Positions 1 to 8,745 of a stretch of DNA of 50,118 nucleotides are shown one piece after another. Position 1 is the first letter of the stretch, and every line of letters starts with the position of its first letter. Under the pieces are notes generated by a model. That model did not search any database. It saw only the letters and a program-made list of their open reading frames with translations, and was not told the origin of the DNA. Source of the DNA: an uncultured Pirellulales bacterium (GTDB lineage: Bacteria > Planctomycetota > Planctomycetia > Pirellulales > UBA1268); the NCBI GenBank assembly GCA_965662325.1, contig CBFIHW010000002.1, positions 1-50,118 of the forward strand, written 5' to 3'. The position numbers and the translations under genes are program-made.

Positions 1-1
1 T

Positions 2-220
2 GGTTGCCCTCCACGCCCAGAACAACTCATCCAAGCAATTATTGATTTACAAGACAAAATTCAACAAGAAGGCACACGGACGGGCCGTGAGTTCAACACC
101 CATCAACGTCAGGATCGAAAGCGGGCTCTAGTTGAATGCCCTGAGATTCTTTCACTCGATGCGTCCCGTAATCCAAATTTGCAACGAGAGCTTTCAAACT
201 CTGTCACCAATACAAACTAA
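2..220 (+). CDS. nuoB: NADH-quinone oxidoreductase subunit B, C-terminal fragment (5' end outside the window)
   Basis: Frame 2 reads GCPPRPEQLIQAIIDLQDKIQQEG... and stops at TAA 218-220. GCPPRPE is the conserved NuoB/Nqo6 motif carrying the last cluster-N2 cysteine. nuoC follows 31 nt later. Absent from the ORF track because it is open at the window edge. A ~48-aa hydrophilic tail follows the conserved core. Confidence 0.85.
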   Translation, partial: GCPPRPEQLIQAIIDLQDKIQQEGTRTGREFNTHQRQDRKRALVECPEILSLDASRNPNLQRELSNSVTNTN

Positions 221-251
221 TTTCATTTTCTCATAGTCTCCTTTGATCGTG

Positions 252-779
252 ATGACTGATTCAGCTGAAACAAAAGAACCTGACGCAATCGAAAATCCTC
301 ATGTGGCCGCTCTCAATGAGGCATTTGGTCCTGTTGAGTCGTCAATATTCCGGGGCCAACAACGAGTTATTGTCCCTGCTGAAAAGTCGTTCGACGCACT
401 GTCCCTTCTCAAAACCCGTGGCTTCGATTTACTGGTAGATGTCAGTTGTGTCGACTACCTCGAGTACCGCGGCGCGAAGCACCGATATGGCCTTGTCTAC
501 CTATTAGCCTCTACGTCTAGCAACCAGCGACTTACTGTTCGAGTTTTTGTGGATGACCCAGAGCCGACGGTCGCAAGCGTTGTTCCTTTATGGGAAGGCG
601 CAAACTGGCTGGAGCGTGAGGTATGGGACCTTTTTGGTATTCACTTCACCGGCCACCCCGACTTGCGAAGGCTTGTCATGCCAGAAGAATTTACCGCGCA
701 TCCTCTACGTAAAGACTATCCACTGCAAGGCCGTGGGGAACGTCATAACTTCCCAGTTATCACCCGCGACCATAGCTGA
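252..779 (+). CDS. nuoC: NADH-quinone oxidoreductase subunit C (30-kDa subunit)
   Basis: ORF 243-779; 243 is TTG and the first ATG is at 252. Core sequence PLWEGANWLEREVWDLFGIHFTGHPDLRRL is NuoC-like. Lies between nuoB and nuoD and is not fused to nuoD. Confidence 0.9.
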   Translation: MTDSAETKEPDAIENPHVAALNEAFGPVESSIFRGQQRVIVPAEKSFDALSLLKTRGFDLLVDVSCVDYLEYRGAKHRYGLVYLLASTSSNQRLTVRVFVDDPEPTVASVVPLWEGANWLEREVWDLFGIHFTGHPDLRRLVMPEEFTAHPLRKDYPLQGRGERHNFPVITRDHS

Positions 780-802
780 CCCTTTTAATAATAACGATCT
801 AT

Positions 803-2026
803 ATGGCTATCGCCCCAACCGAAATTGAAAATTCACCAGAGGCTCGGAATGAAGACTACCTTTGGACGCTGAACTTCGGTCCGCAGCATCCTGCGACACA
901 TACGACGTTGCGGTTGGTTCTCAAGCTTGAGGGAGAACGAGTCGTCGATGCAATGCCTGAGATGGGCTACCTCCATTCTGGCTTTGAAAAAATAGGTGAG
1001 CATCTCACCTTCAATCAATACGTCACTGTGACCGACCGGATGAATTACATCTCACCGATGGCCAACAATGTAGCGTGGCACCATTCGGTTGAGACACTTC
1101 TTGGAATCGATCTCACGCCACGCTGCACTTATATTCGTACCATCGTCGCAGAACTGGCACGGATCAGTGATCATCTGCTGTCTAACGGCGCAGTTGGTCT
1201 TGATACCGGTGCTTTCACTTTCTTCCTCTACGCCTTCTATCAACGTGAAGTGATCTACGACATCTTCGAGACACTTTGTGGGGCTCGTTTCACAAACAGC
1301 TACACACGTGTCGGAGGTGTGTCGCAGGACTTTACTCCGCTTGTCATCGAAAAAACTCGAGCGTTTCTCAAAACATTTCCCAAAACACTGCACGACATGG
1401 AGCGATTACTGAACCGCAACCGTATTTTTGTCGATCGAACCAAAGGTGTCGGCCTGCTCACAAAGGAGGAAGCTATTAATCGGGGTGCGACGGGGCCTGT
1501 TGCGAGGGCGAGTGGTGTAACAAGAGACCTTCGACGAGACGAGCCCTACTTGGCGTACTCTGATTTCGACTTTCAAGTTAGCTGTGCTTCAGCTGGTGAC
1601 TGCTATGCACGATACCTCGTTCGGATGCAAGAGATGCGAGAAAGCCTCAAGATCGTCGAGCAGGCAATTGAAAACCTACCAAGCGGACCTGTGGATGTGG
1701 GTATCGATGAACGCATGGCGCTTCCAACAAAAAAGCAGGTGTACTCAACAATAGAAGGAACTATCTCACACTTTGAGTTAAGCATGAGCAACAGAGGCTT
1801 TGAAGTTCCGTGTGAAGAGTCGTATGCCGCTATCGAAGCACCAAATGGCGAACTCGGATTTTATCTTGTTGGTGATGGTGAGGATCAAGCATACCGAGCT
1901 CGATGCAGACCACCTTCAGTCTTGAATTTTGCCATGTTTCCACACCTTATCCGTGGCCACACACTTTCAGATGTTGTGGCGGTACTCGGGAGCCTTAATA
2001 TTATCGCAGCGGAGCTCGACCGATGA
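803..2026 (+). CDS. nuoD: NADH-quinone oxidoreductase subunit D (49-kDa subunit)
   Basis: 407 aa with an ATG start. NFGPQHPATHTTLRLVLKLEGE near the N-terminus and the C-terminal SLNIIAAELDR are hallmark NuoD sequences. Confidence 0.95.
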   Translation: MAIAPTEIENSPEARNEDYLWTLNFGPQHPATHTTLRLVLKLEGERVVDAMPEMGYLHSGFEKIGEHLTFNQYVTVTDRMNYISPMANNVAWHHSVETLLGIDLTPRCTYIRTIVAELARISDHLLSNGAVGLDTGAFTFFLYAFYQREVIYDIFETLCGARFTNSYTRVGGVSQDFTPLVIEKTRAFLKTFPKTLHDMERLLNRNRIFVDRTKGVGLLTKEEAINRGATGPVARASGVTRDLRRDEPYLAYSDFDFQVSCASAGDCYARYLVRMQEMRESLKIVEQAIENLPSGPVDVGIDERMALPTKKQVYSTIEGTISHFELSMSNRGFEVPCEESYAAIEAPNGELGFYLVGDGEDQAYRARCRPPSVLNFAMFPHLIRGHTLSDVVAVLGSLNIIAAELDR

Positions 2027-2520
2027 TTGCAAATCGCAAGGTCCTTACTGACGACATGATTGCACGCATAGAAGCTTTGGCTTCTCGTTACCCAACAAAA
2101 CAAGCCTTAACTTTACCGGCGCTGCATGTTGTCCATGACGAACTACGGCATGTTCCGCTTGATGCTGTGGTTGAAATAGCTCAACTGCTTGATCTCGCGC
2201 CGGCAGAAGTTCAAGACACTCTGACTTTCTACCAGTTCTTTTACCAAGACAAGCCGCATGGACGAGTTCGGGCATTTGTTTGTCGCTCAATCTCATGTGC
2301 ACTTCGGGGTGGCGAGCAGGTGCTTGACCACCTCTGCGAAAAAGCTGGTATTAAGCCTGGCGAAACAACGGCCGACGGGAACATCACAATTGAACCTGCA
2401 GAATGCCTCGGCGCGTGTGACTTCGCACCGTGCATGCTTGCCGGAAATGATTTGCATAAAGATTTAACACCAGAAAAAGCAGATGCATTTTTGAAATCGG
2501 TTGGGAGACAAAACGGATGA
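2023..2520 (+). CDS. nuoE: NADH-quinone oxidoreductase subunit E (24-kDa, 2Fe-2S)
   Basis: 165 aa. Start ATG overlaps the nuoD stop (ATGA). The four Cys of the thioredoxin-like 2Fe-2S site are visible (CRSISC ... ECLGACDFAPC). Confidence 0.92.
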   Translation: MIANRKVLTDDMIARIEALASRYPTKQALTLPALHVVHDELRHVPLDAVVEIAQLLDLAPAEVQDTLTFYQFFYQDKPHGRVRAFVCRSISCALRGGEQVLDHLCEKAGIKPGETTADGNITIEPAECLGACDFAPCMLAGNDLHKDLTPEKADAFLKSVGRQNG

Positions 2521-3881
2521 GTACTTCTGATGCTTTTAAGCCAGTGCTCCTTGAAGCTGCTGGTATTGATGATGGCCATACAATCGAAAGCTATCGAAGC
2601 CGTGGTGGATACGCCCCGCTTGAAAAGTTACTTTCCGAAAAACAGCCACCTGAGGTTGTGGAAATGGTGAAATCATCTGGCCTCAGAGGGCGAGGTGGTG
2701 CAGGGTTTATGACCGGCTTGAAATGGACGTTTCTTCCAAAAGATCATCCCGGGCCAATTTATTTGTGTGTCAATGCAGACGAAAGTGAACCCGGCACGTT
2801 CAACAACAGAATCCTCATGGAGGACGACCCTCACCAGGTTCTTGAAGGTACGATCATATCGGCTTATGCCACACGAGCGAGTACTGCCTATATCTATCTT
2901 CGTTATGAGTATCCGAAAAGCTGGGACGTACTTCAAAAAGCGATTGATGAAGCCTACGCTGCTGGACTTCTTGGAGAAAATATAAAAGGCAGTGGGTTCA
3001 ATCTCGACATCTATCTCCATCGTGGCGCCGCCGCATATATCTGTGGCGAAGAAACCGGCCTTATTGAAAGTCTTGAAGGCAAGCGCGCGTGGCCTCGAAT
3101 CAAACCACCTTTCCCAGCAATTGAAGGTGTGTTCCGCAAGCCAACGGTTGTGAATAACATTGAGACAATGGCATGCGTGGCACAAATCGCACGGCGAGGG
3201 GTTGATTGGTTCCGCTCGATTGGAATTCCTGCTGACCCAAATAACCCAAGAGATCCAGGAAGCTATGGACCAAAGCTCTACTGTTTATCAGGTCACGTGG
3301 AAAAACCAGGGTGTTACGAAGCACCTCTTGGTATTACAGCACGAGAATTAATTGATGGTTTCGGTGGTGGTGTCTGGAAAGGGCGGCGAGCAAAAGCTGT
3401 CATACCAGGGGGCATCTCCATGGGACTGATGACAGAAGATGAGCTGGACACCCCGCTGGATTTTGCTGGACCGGGAACCGTTGGCTGCCTCGGTCTTGGG
3501 ACGGCTGCCGTGGTCGTCGTCGATGAGACTGTCAGCATGGTTGATTTTTTGCATAATTCATGTCGCTTTTTTGCACATGAGTCCTGCGGCCAGTGCACAC
3601 CATGCCGCGAAGGTACAAGTTGGTCGCTCCGAATGCTCGAGCGTATTCGAGCCGGAAAGGGTAGATTGCGGGATCTCGATCTTCTTGTAGAAATTGGTGA
3701 CACCATGGGCATGATGCCTGGATCAACAATTTGTGGTCTTGCTGACGGAGCCGCTTGGCCTATTAAGAACTCCATCGCAAAATTTCGTGATGAATTTGAA
3801 GACTACATCAAACAGACAAATCCAACTGGCTATATGGAAACTGATCCTGTTCCTGCCTTGCCAATCGTTACAACTCACTAA
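2517..3881 (+). CDS. nuoF: NADH-quinone oxidoreductase subunit F (51-kDa, FMN/NADH site, cluster N3)
   Basis: 454 aa with an ATGA overlap with nuoE. Contains the GLRGRGGAGFMTGLKW flavin/NADH motif and the ESCGQCTPCREG 4Fe-4S motif. Confidence 0.95.
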   Translation: MSTSDAFKPVLLEAAGIDDGHTIESYRSRGGYAPLEKLLSEKQPPEVVEMVKSSGLRGRGGAGFMTGLKWTFLPKDHPGPIYLCVNADESEPGTFNNRILMEDDPHQVLEGTIISAYATRASTAYIYLRYEYPKSWDVLQKAIDEAYAAGLLGENIKGSGFNLDIYLHRGAAAYICGEETGLIESLEGKRAWPRIKPPFPAIEGVFRKPTVVNNIETMACVAQIARRGVDWFRSIGIPADPNNPRDPGSYGPKLYCLSGHVEKPGCYEAPLGITARELIDGFGGGVWKGRRAKAVIPGGISMGLMTEDELDTPLDFAGPGTVGCLGLGTAAVVVVDETVSMVDFLHNSCRFFAHESCGQCTPCREGTSWSLRMLERIRAGKGRLRDLDLLVEIGDTMGMMPGSTICGLADGAAWPIKNSIAKFRDEFEDYIKQTNPTGYMETDPVPALPIVTTH

Positions 3882-3910
3882 CTCATTTTTACTGCTTACT
3901 ACTCTCCATC

Positions 3911-5548
3911 ATGCCCACAGTCATTGTTGACGGTCAGGAAATCGAGATCGGAGCCGACGAACGGCTCAACTGCATTGAAGCTGCTCGCCGCGCGGGTGTC
4001 GAGATTCCGCATTATTGCTGGCACCCAGGACTTTCTGTTGTAGCAAGCTGCCGCATGTGTCTCATTCAGGCTGGGACACGAAATGCTGAAACCGGTGAAG
4101 TCTCAATGATTCCTAAACTCGTGCCAGGCTGCCAAACGCCTGTCAAAGATGGGACTGTCATTGTAACCAACAGTGACGCTGTTCATGAAAGTCGTGCCCG
4201 TGTGGAGGAAGCACTTCTCATTGATCATCCCATAGACTGCCCAATCTGCGACAAGGCTGGTGAATGCCTGCTTCAGGACTATCACTTTGAGCACGGACAG
4301 AGCGAACGGCGAGCTGACATTCACGCGTTTAGTAGCCGCCGCCGAGATGTTGGGCCAACCGTTACGCTTTTTGTTGATCGTTGCATCATGTGCACGCGAT
4401 GCGTTCGGTTTACGCGAGAGGTCTCCGGCACTGCAGAACTTATGGTTTCTGCCCGTGGCGCGAAAGAAGAAATTGATACGTTTCCTGGCTTTCCTCTTGA
4501 GAATAAGCTGGCGGGAAATGTTGTCGACCTATGCCCAGTTGGTGCTTTAGGTGATAAAGACTTTTTATATCAGCAGAGAGTCTGGTTTTTGAAAAAAACG
4601 AATAATGTGTGTGGTGGTTGTTCAGCAGGATGTTCAATAGTGACCGAACACAACCAGGACACCGTCTACCGGCTCAAACCACGTGAAAATCTGCATGTAA
4701 ACAAGTGGTGGATGTGCGACGAGGGACGTTATGGATGGCATCATCTGCACAACGAAGCACGAATTGTTGAAGCGAGCCACCGTGATAGTGAAGGCTCCCG
4801 TACGATCGAATGGGCCGATGTTTTGAGTCAACTACCGAAAAATCTAAATGACGCAGGGCGACTGGGTGTTGCTGTTTCACCAATGCTTACCATTGAAGAA
4901 GCGTGGATGCTGTGCTCAGTTGCCAAGACAATTGATTCGGATGCTTATCTCGCAGTTGGTTACGTGCCATCGACTGGTAATGATGAATCTTTTCCCGGTG
5001 GATTTACGATTCGTGGTGAGAAGGCCCCAAACCGAATTGGTATTGAAATGGTTCTCAGTATGTTCGGGGCTGTTTCTGAAAACGGTACCGTTCCAGGGTG
5101 GAATGACTTTCTTGATCAAGTGCAAGAAAAAACAATTCAATCGGCGTGGGTTACAGCTGGCTATCCATCACCTGAGACCTCGTGGTGCGATGAAGCGACG
5201 GCTGCAACTTTTGAAGGGCTCAACTGCCTTGTTGTTCAAGACCTGTTTGAATCTCCACTTTCTAACCGCGCTACGTGGTGCTTGCCGGCAGTCGGATTTG
5301 CCGAGCGAAGTGGCACATGGGTCAACTACGGCCATTGGGCGCAGACTTTTGAACAAGCAATTCGTCCTCCGGCTGGTGTCTGGCCAGAGGGTCGATTCTT
5401 TTGGAATCTCCTCGGGAGACAAGGCCTGTATGATCCTGAGAGCATTCGAAAACTAATTGCTGAAAGTTCTGCTAACTTCGCTGCCTTAACAGGTGATGTG
5501 CCGGCCATTGGTCTCGACTTGAGGTTACAGCAGGTAGCCGTCACCTAA
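3911..5548 (+). CDS. nuoG: NADH-quinone oxidoreductase subunit G, short form (545 aa)
   Basis: N-terminal 2Fe-2S Cys pattern (CWHPGLSVVASCRMC). His-ligated cluster motif HPIDCPICDKAGEC. CIMCTRCVRF ... CPVGAL 4Fe-4S motif. CGGCSAGC-x27-C pattern further on. The C-terminal molybdopterin-like region is short. Confidence 0.9.
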   Translation: MPTVIVDGQEIEIGADERLNCIEAARRAGVEIPHYCWHPGLSVVASCRMCLIQAGTRNAETGEVSMIPKLVPGCQTPVKDGTVIVTNSDAVHESRARVEEALLIDHPIDCPICDKAGECLLQDYHFEHGQSERRADIHAFSSRRRDVGPTVTLFVDRCIMCTRCVRFTREVSGTAELMVSARGAKEEIDTFPGFPLENKLAGNVVDLCPVGALGDKDFLYQQRVWFLKKTNNVCGGCSAGCSIVTEHNQDTVYRLKPRENLHVNKWWMCDEGRYGWHHLHNEARIVEASHRDSEGSRTIEWADVLSQLPKNLNDAGRLGVAVSPMLTIEEAWMLCSVAKTIDSDAYLAVGYVPSTGNDESFPGGFTIRGEKAPNRIGIEMVLSMFGAVSENGTVPGWNDFLDQVQEKTIQSAWVTAGYPSPETSWCDEATAATFEGLNCLVVQDLFESPLSNRATWCLPAVGFAERSGTWVNYGHWAQTFEQAIRPPAGVWPEGRFFWNLLGRQGLYDPESIRKLIAESSANFAALTGDVPAIGLDLRLQQVAVT

Positions 5549-5599
5549 GCCAAGAACCAATAGAATGCATCGTACTACTCCTTTCGAATCAAACATGTA

Positions 5600-6895
5600 A
5601 TGACCGGACTGCTTCCATCACCTGAAACACTTGCTGCACTCGTTAAGATTGGTCTGCTCGTCGGCGGCCTTATGACAGCTGCTGCTTATTTAGTTCTTGT
5701 TGAGCGATGGATTGCAGCTTGGGTTCAAGATCGACGTGGGCCGAATCGTGTTGGTGTTCCGCTGACGAAAATTCGTCTGTTTGGATTAGGACAGCCGCTG
5801 GCAGACGGCCTTAAAATCATTTTCAAGGAGGATTTCACTCCGAGGCATGTCGATAAGGTGCTCTACAATGCAGCACCTTTGGCACTGTTAACAGCATCAC
5901 TGGCTATTTTTGCCGCTATCCCTTTCGGAAGTGTGCTACCACCGCTCAATATTCCTGGTCTTCCGGATCCAGTTCCTTTTCTTGTCGCTCCAGGCCTTGA
6001 TGTTGGTGTTCTCTGGGTTTTTGCACTCTCAAGTATTGCCGTCTACGGTGTACTTCTCGGAGGCTGGGCCAGTAATAACAAATATGGTTTTCTTGGTGGG
6101 CTCCGAAGTAGTGCCCAACTGGTTGCGTATGAAATTCCGCTTGGGCTCGGTTTGCTCGGCGTTGTTCTCGCGGCTGGCTCGTTACAGCTTGACATCATTA
6201 TGAATAAACAGGCAGAAACTGGTCTGTGGTTCGCCTTTGCTCAACCCCTCGGATTTGTTGTTTTCCTCATAGCGAGTTTTGCTGAAGCTGCTCGCCTGCC
6301 TTTTGACCTTCCGGAAGCTGAGCAAGAATTAGTCGGTGGCTATCACACTGAGTACGCCGGAGTAAAACTCCTCCTTTTTCTTGTCTCTGAATTCCTGCAT
6401 ATGGTCACGGCTGCTTTTCTTATCGTGATCATGTTTTTGGGCGGATGGCACTTCTGGGGAATCACCGGAAGTACTCAAGAAGTCACATGGCTTGGTGCTC
6501 TTTTGAGATTTGGCATACTTTCAACCAAAATCTTTGCTGTGATTCTCTTTTTTATGGTGGTCCGCTGGAGCTGGCCCCGATTTCGATTTGATCAATTGAT
6601 GAATCTCGCATGGAAAGTCATGTTGCCTCTCGGGCTCCTAAATCTCGTCGTTGTTGCGACGATTGAGGAATTTCGGCCCGCCCTCCAGTCGGCTCTTGGA
6701 AATAGCCTGACAACCGGCATTACCGTCGGAGTGCCATGGATTATCTTTTTTGGAGGCTTGATTTGTGCTGGCCTGCTCACGCCTTCTCGTACCGATAATC
6801 GACCAATTCGCACACGTGACCCTTTTGATCATGAGCGACATCTTGAAGAAGATGAGCCTATGAAAAAACAGCCTTCCGAATTAGTAGAGGCCTAA
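5600..6895 (+). CDS. nuoH: NADH-quinone oxidoreductase subunit H (ND1 homologue), extended
   Basis: 431 aa, polytopic. PFDLPEAEQELVGGYHTEYAG is the conserved NuoH loop. About 85 extra C-terminal residues include one more hydrophobic helix and an acidic tail. Confidence 0.93.
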   Translation: MTGLLPSPETLAALVKIGLLVGGLMTAAAYLVLVERWIAAWVQDRRGPNRVGVPLTKIRLFGLGQPLADGLKIIFKEDFTPRHVDKVLYNAAPLALLTASLAIFAAIPFGSVLPPLNIPGLPDPVPFLVAPGLDVGVLWVFALSSIAVYGVLLGGWASNNKYGFLGGLRSSAQLVAYEIPLGLGLLGVVLAAGSLQLDIIMNKQAETGLWFAFAQPLGFVVFLIASFAEAARLPFDLPEAEQELVGGYHTEYAGVKLLLFLVSEFLHMVTAAFLIVIMFLGGWHFWGITGSTQEVTWLGALLRFGILSTKIFAVILFFMVVRWSWPRFRFDQLMNLAWKVMLPLGLLNLVVVATIEEFRPALQSALGNSLTTGITVGVPWIIFFGGLICAGLLTPSRTDNRPIRTRDPFDHERHLEEDEPMKKQPSELVEA

Positions 6896-6896
6896 C

Positions 6897-7430
6897 ATGA
6901 AACCATCTGATCCCGGAATAACATGGATTGATGACAAGCCACTCGGTCTTGCCGAGCGACTTTATGTCCCGCTGTTTGTTCAAGGTCTTGCAACTACAAG
7001 TCGTCACCTTGTGAGCAAAAAGAACACTGTCAATTTCCCTGAACAACGTCCTACTATCGGAAACCCACTCATCTACCGAGGCGTGCACCGGCTCAACCGC
7101 GATGAGAATGATCGCGTGAAGTGCGTTGCTTGTTTCCTGTGTGCCACAGCATGCCCTGCTCACTGTATTGATATCGTCGCCACTGAAAGTCCTTGGGAAG
7201 ATAGAGAGAAATATCCAGAAAGTTTCCAGATTGATGAACTTCGTTGTATTTTTTGTGGCATGTGCGAAGAGGCGTGTCCTGTTGACGCTATTGAGCTCAC
7301 AAGCCTCCTTGACCTCACAGGAAAAAGTCGAGAAGAGATGATTTTTGATAAGGAGAAGCTACTGAGTGTCTATGACATGACAAAGGATGCTGAGCCAATG
7401 AAGTCAGCTGACTTGGGGGGAACACTGTGA
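6897..7430 (+). CDS. nuoI: NADH-quinone oxidoreductase subunit I (2x 4Fe-4S ferredoxin)
   Basis: 177 aa. Two CxxCxxCxxxCP motifs: CVACFLCATACP and CIFCGMCEEACP. Confidence 0.95.
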   Translation: MKPSDPGITWIDDKPLGLAERLYVPLFVQGLATTSRHLVSKKNTVNFPEQRPTIGNPLIYRGVHRLNRDENDRVKCVACFLCATACPAHCIDIVATESPWEDREKYPESFQIDELRCIFCGMCEEACPVDAIELTSLLDLTGKSREEMIFDKEKLLSVYDMTKDAEPMKSADLGGTL

Positions 7431-8254
7431 CCCCTTTCGTTAGGTTATTTGCTGGAACGGGAACCTTTGAGTTTCTTTCTCCAGGTATTCTGCTTGCTGC
7501 GGCCGTAACATGCCTTGCTGCAAGCCTGTACCTACTTCTTCCTAAATCCGGTCGGTATGGCAAGAACTCACGACGAGTAGGTTGGGTTCTTGGACTGATT
7601 ACACTTGGGCTCTTTATTGTCACGGGGCAACGACTGGGGAATCTTGGAGAAGAAGCTGTATTCCTGACGGTTTCTTTAGTCGCTGTCATAAGCGCAGCTG
7701 CAACAATAACCTGCCGTTCTCCTGTCTACGCAGCAATTTGGTTTGCTCTTTGCTTGGCTGGTGTCTCGGGTGTGCTGCTTGTTTTGGGTGCCCAGTTCCT
7801 TGGTGTTGCAACAATTGTTGTCTACGCCGGTGCCATTTTGGTCATGTTCCTTTTTGTTTTGATGCTGGCTCAGCCATCTGGCCTCACGACATCAGATCGA
7901 ATCACTAATGAGCCTTTGCTTTCTGCTGTGGCAGGCGCTGTACTTCTCGGTCTTTTATCACTTTCAATTGGTCGGCTATCAGCCGAAGAACCTCTCTGCT
8001 GTCGCCCTCCATCCAAGGCAGCAGCCCTCGGCGCCACCTCTTCAGAGCAAATACCAACTGAGAGTGTGGATCTTTTGGCGTCTGATCAGGTGGCTCGGCT
8101 TGGCGGTGAACTTTTTGGCCATCACCTTGTCGCTGTTGAAGCCGTCGGCATTCTTTTGCTCGTCGCACTCATTGGAGCTATTGCTATTGTTTCAAATGGC
8201 CTCGAAGGTAGCCAAGTAGAAACTTCCTCTTTGCAAGAAGGGAGCCACTCATGA
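7427..8254 (+). CDS. nuoJ: NADH-quinone oxidoreductase subunit J, extended
   Basis: 275 aa. GTG start overlaps the nuoI stop (GTGA). Conserved core SPVYAAIWFALCLAGVSGVLLVLGAQFLGVATIVVYAGAILVMFLFVLML. Two extra N-terminal hydrophobic segments. The start codon is not certain because there is no ATG option. Confidence 0.85.
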   Translation: MTPFVRLFAGTGTFEFLSPGILLAAAVTCLAASLYLLLPKSGRYGKNSRRVGWVLGLITLGLFIVTGQRLGNLGEEAVFLTVSLVAVISAAATITCRSPVYAAIWFALCLAGVSGVLLVLGAQFLGVATIVVYAGAILVMFLFVLMLAQPSGLTTSDRITNEPLLSAVAGAVLLGLLSLSIGRLSAEEPLCCRPPSKAAALGATSSEQIPTESVDLLASDQVARLGGELFGHHLVAVEAVGILLLVALIGAIAIVSNGLEGSQVETSSLQEGSHS

Positions 8255-8715
8255 CAACACTCATATTGTTTGGTACCGCGCTTGCACTCCTCCAGAATGG
8301 ATTGGTTGTTGGAGCAATTCTCTTTAGCCTCGGCCTTGTCGGTATCCTTTCAAGGCGAAACCTGATTGTCATGTTTCTTTCTGCTGAGTTAATGCTTCAG
8401 GGCATTTCAGTTAGCCTTGTTGCTTGGAGTCGCTATCACGGTGACTTCGGTGGTCATGTTCTGGTCATCTTTGTGCTCTCGGTAGCAGCATGTGAAGCGG
8501 CCATTGCTCTTGTCTTTGTCCTGCAGGCATTTACTCGAACTGGCCGTCTTGATTCTGCGGCATGGCAGGCGCTCCGCGAAGCCACACTTGACCGTAACGT
8601 CGATCGCGAGATTCCATCACTTGATACTTCAACGCTCAGTTTCCCACGTCTCACTCCCGCCGGCCGATCACCAGACACTGATGAGCAAGCCGGGATGCAA
8701 CGTGACCATGTCTGA
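8251..8715 (+). CDS. nuoK: NADH-quinone oxidoreductase subunit K with a ~55-aa hydrophilic C-terminal tail
   Basis: 154 aa with an ATGA overlap with nuoJ. The first ~100 aa are a typical 3-helix NuoK (LGLVGILSRRNLIVMFLSAELMLQG). The rest is a polar tail. Confidence 0.9.
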   Translation: MTTLILFGTALALLQNGLVVGAILFSLGLVGILSRRNLIVMFLSAELMLQGISVSLVAWSRYHGDFGGHVLVIFVLSVAACEAAIALVFVLQAFTRTGRLDSAAWQALREATLDRNVDREIPSLDTSTLSFPRLTPAGRSPDTDEQAGMQRDHV

Positions 8716-8745
8716 TATCTGCTCTTCCCCTACAAATTTGTCGAT

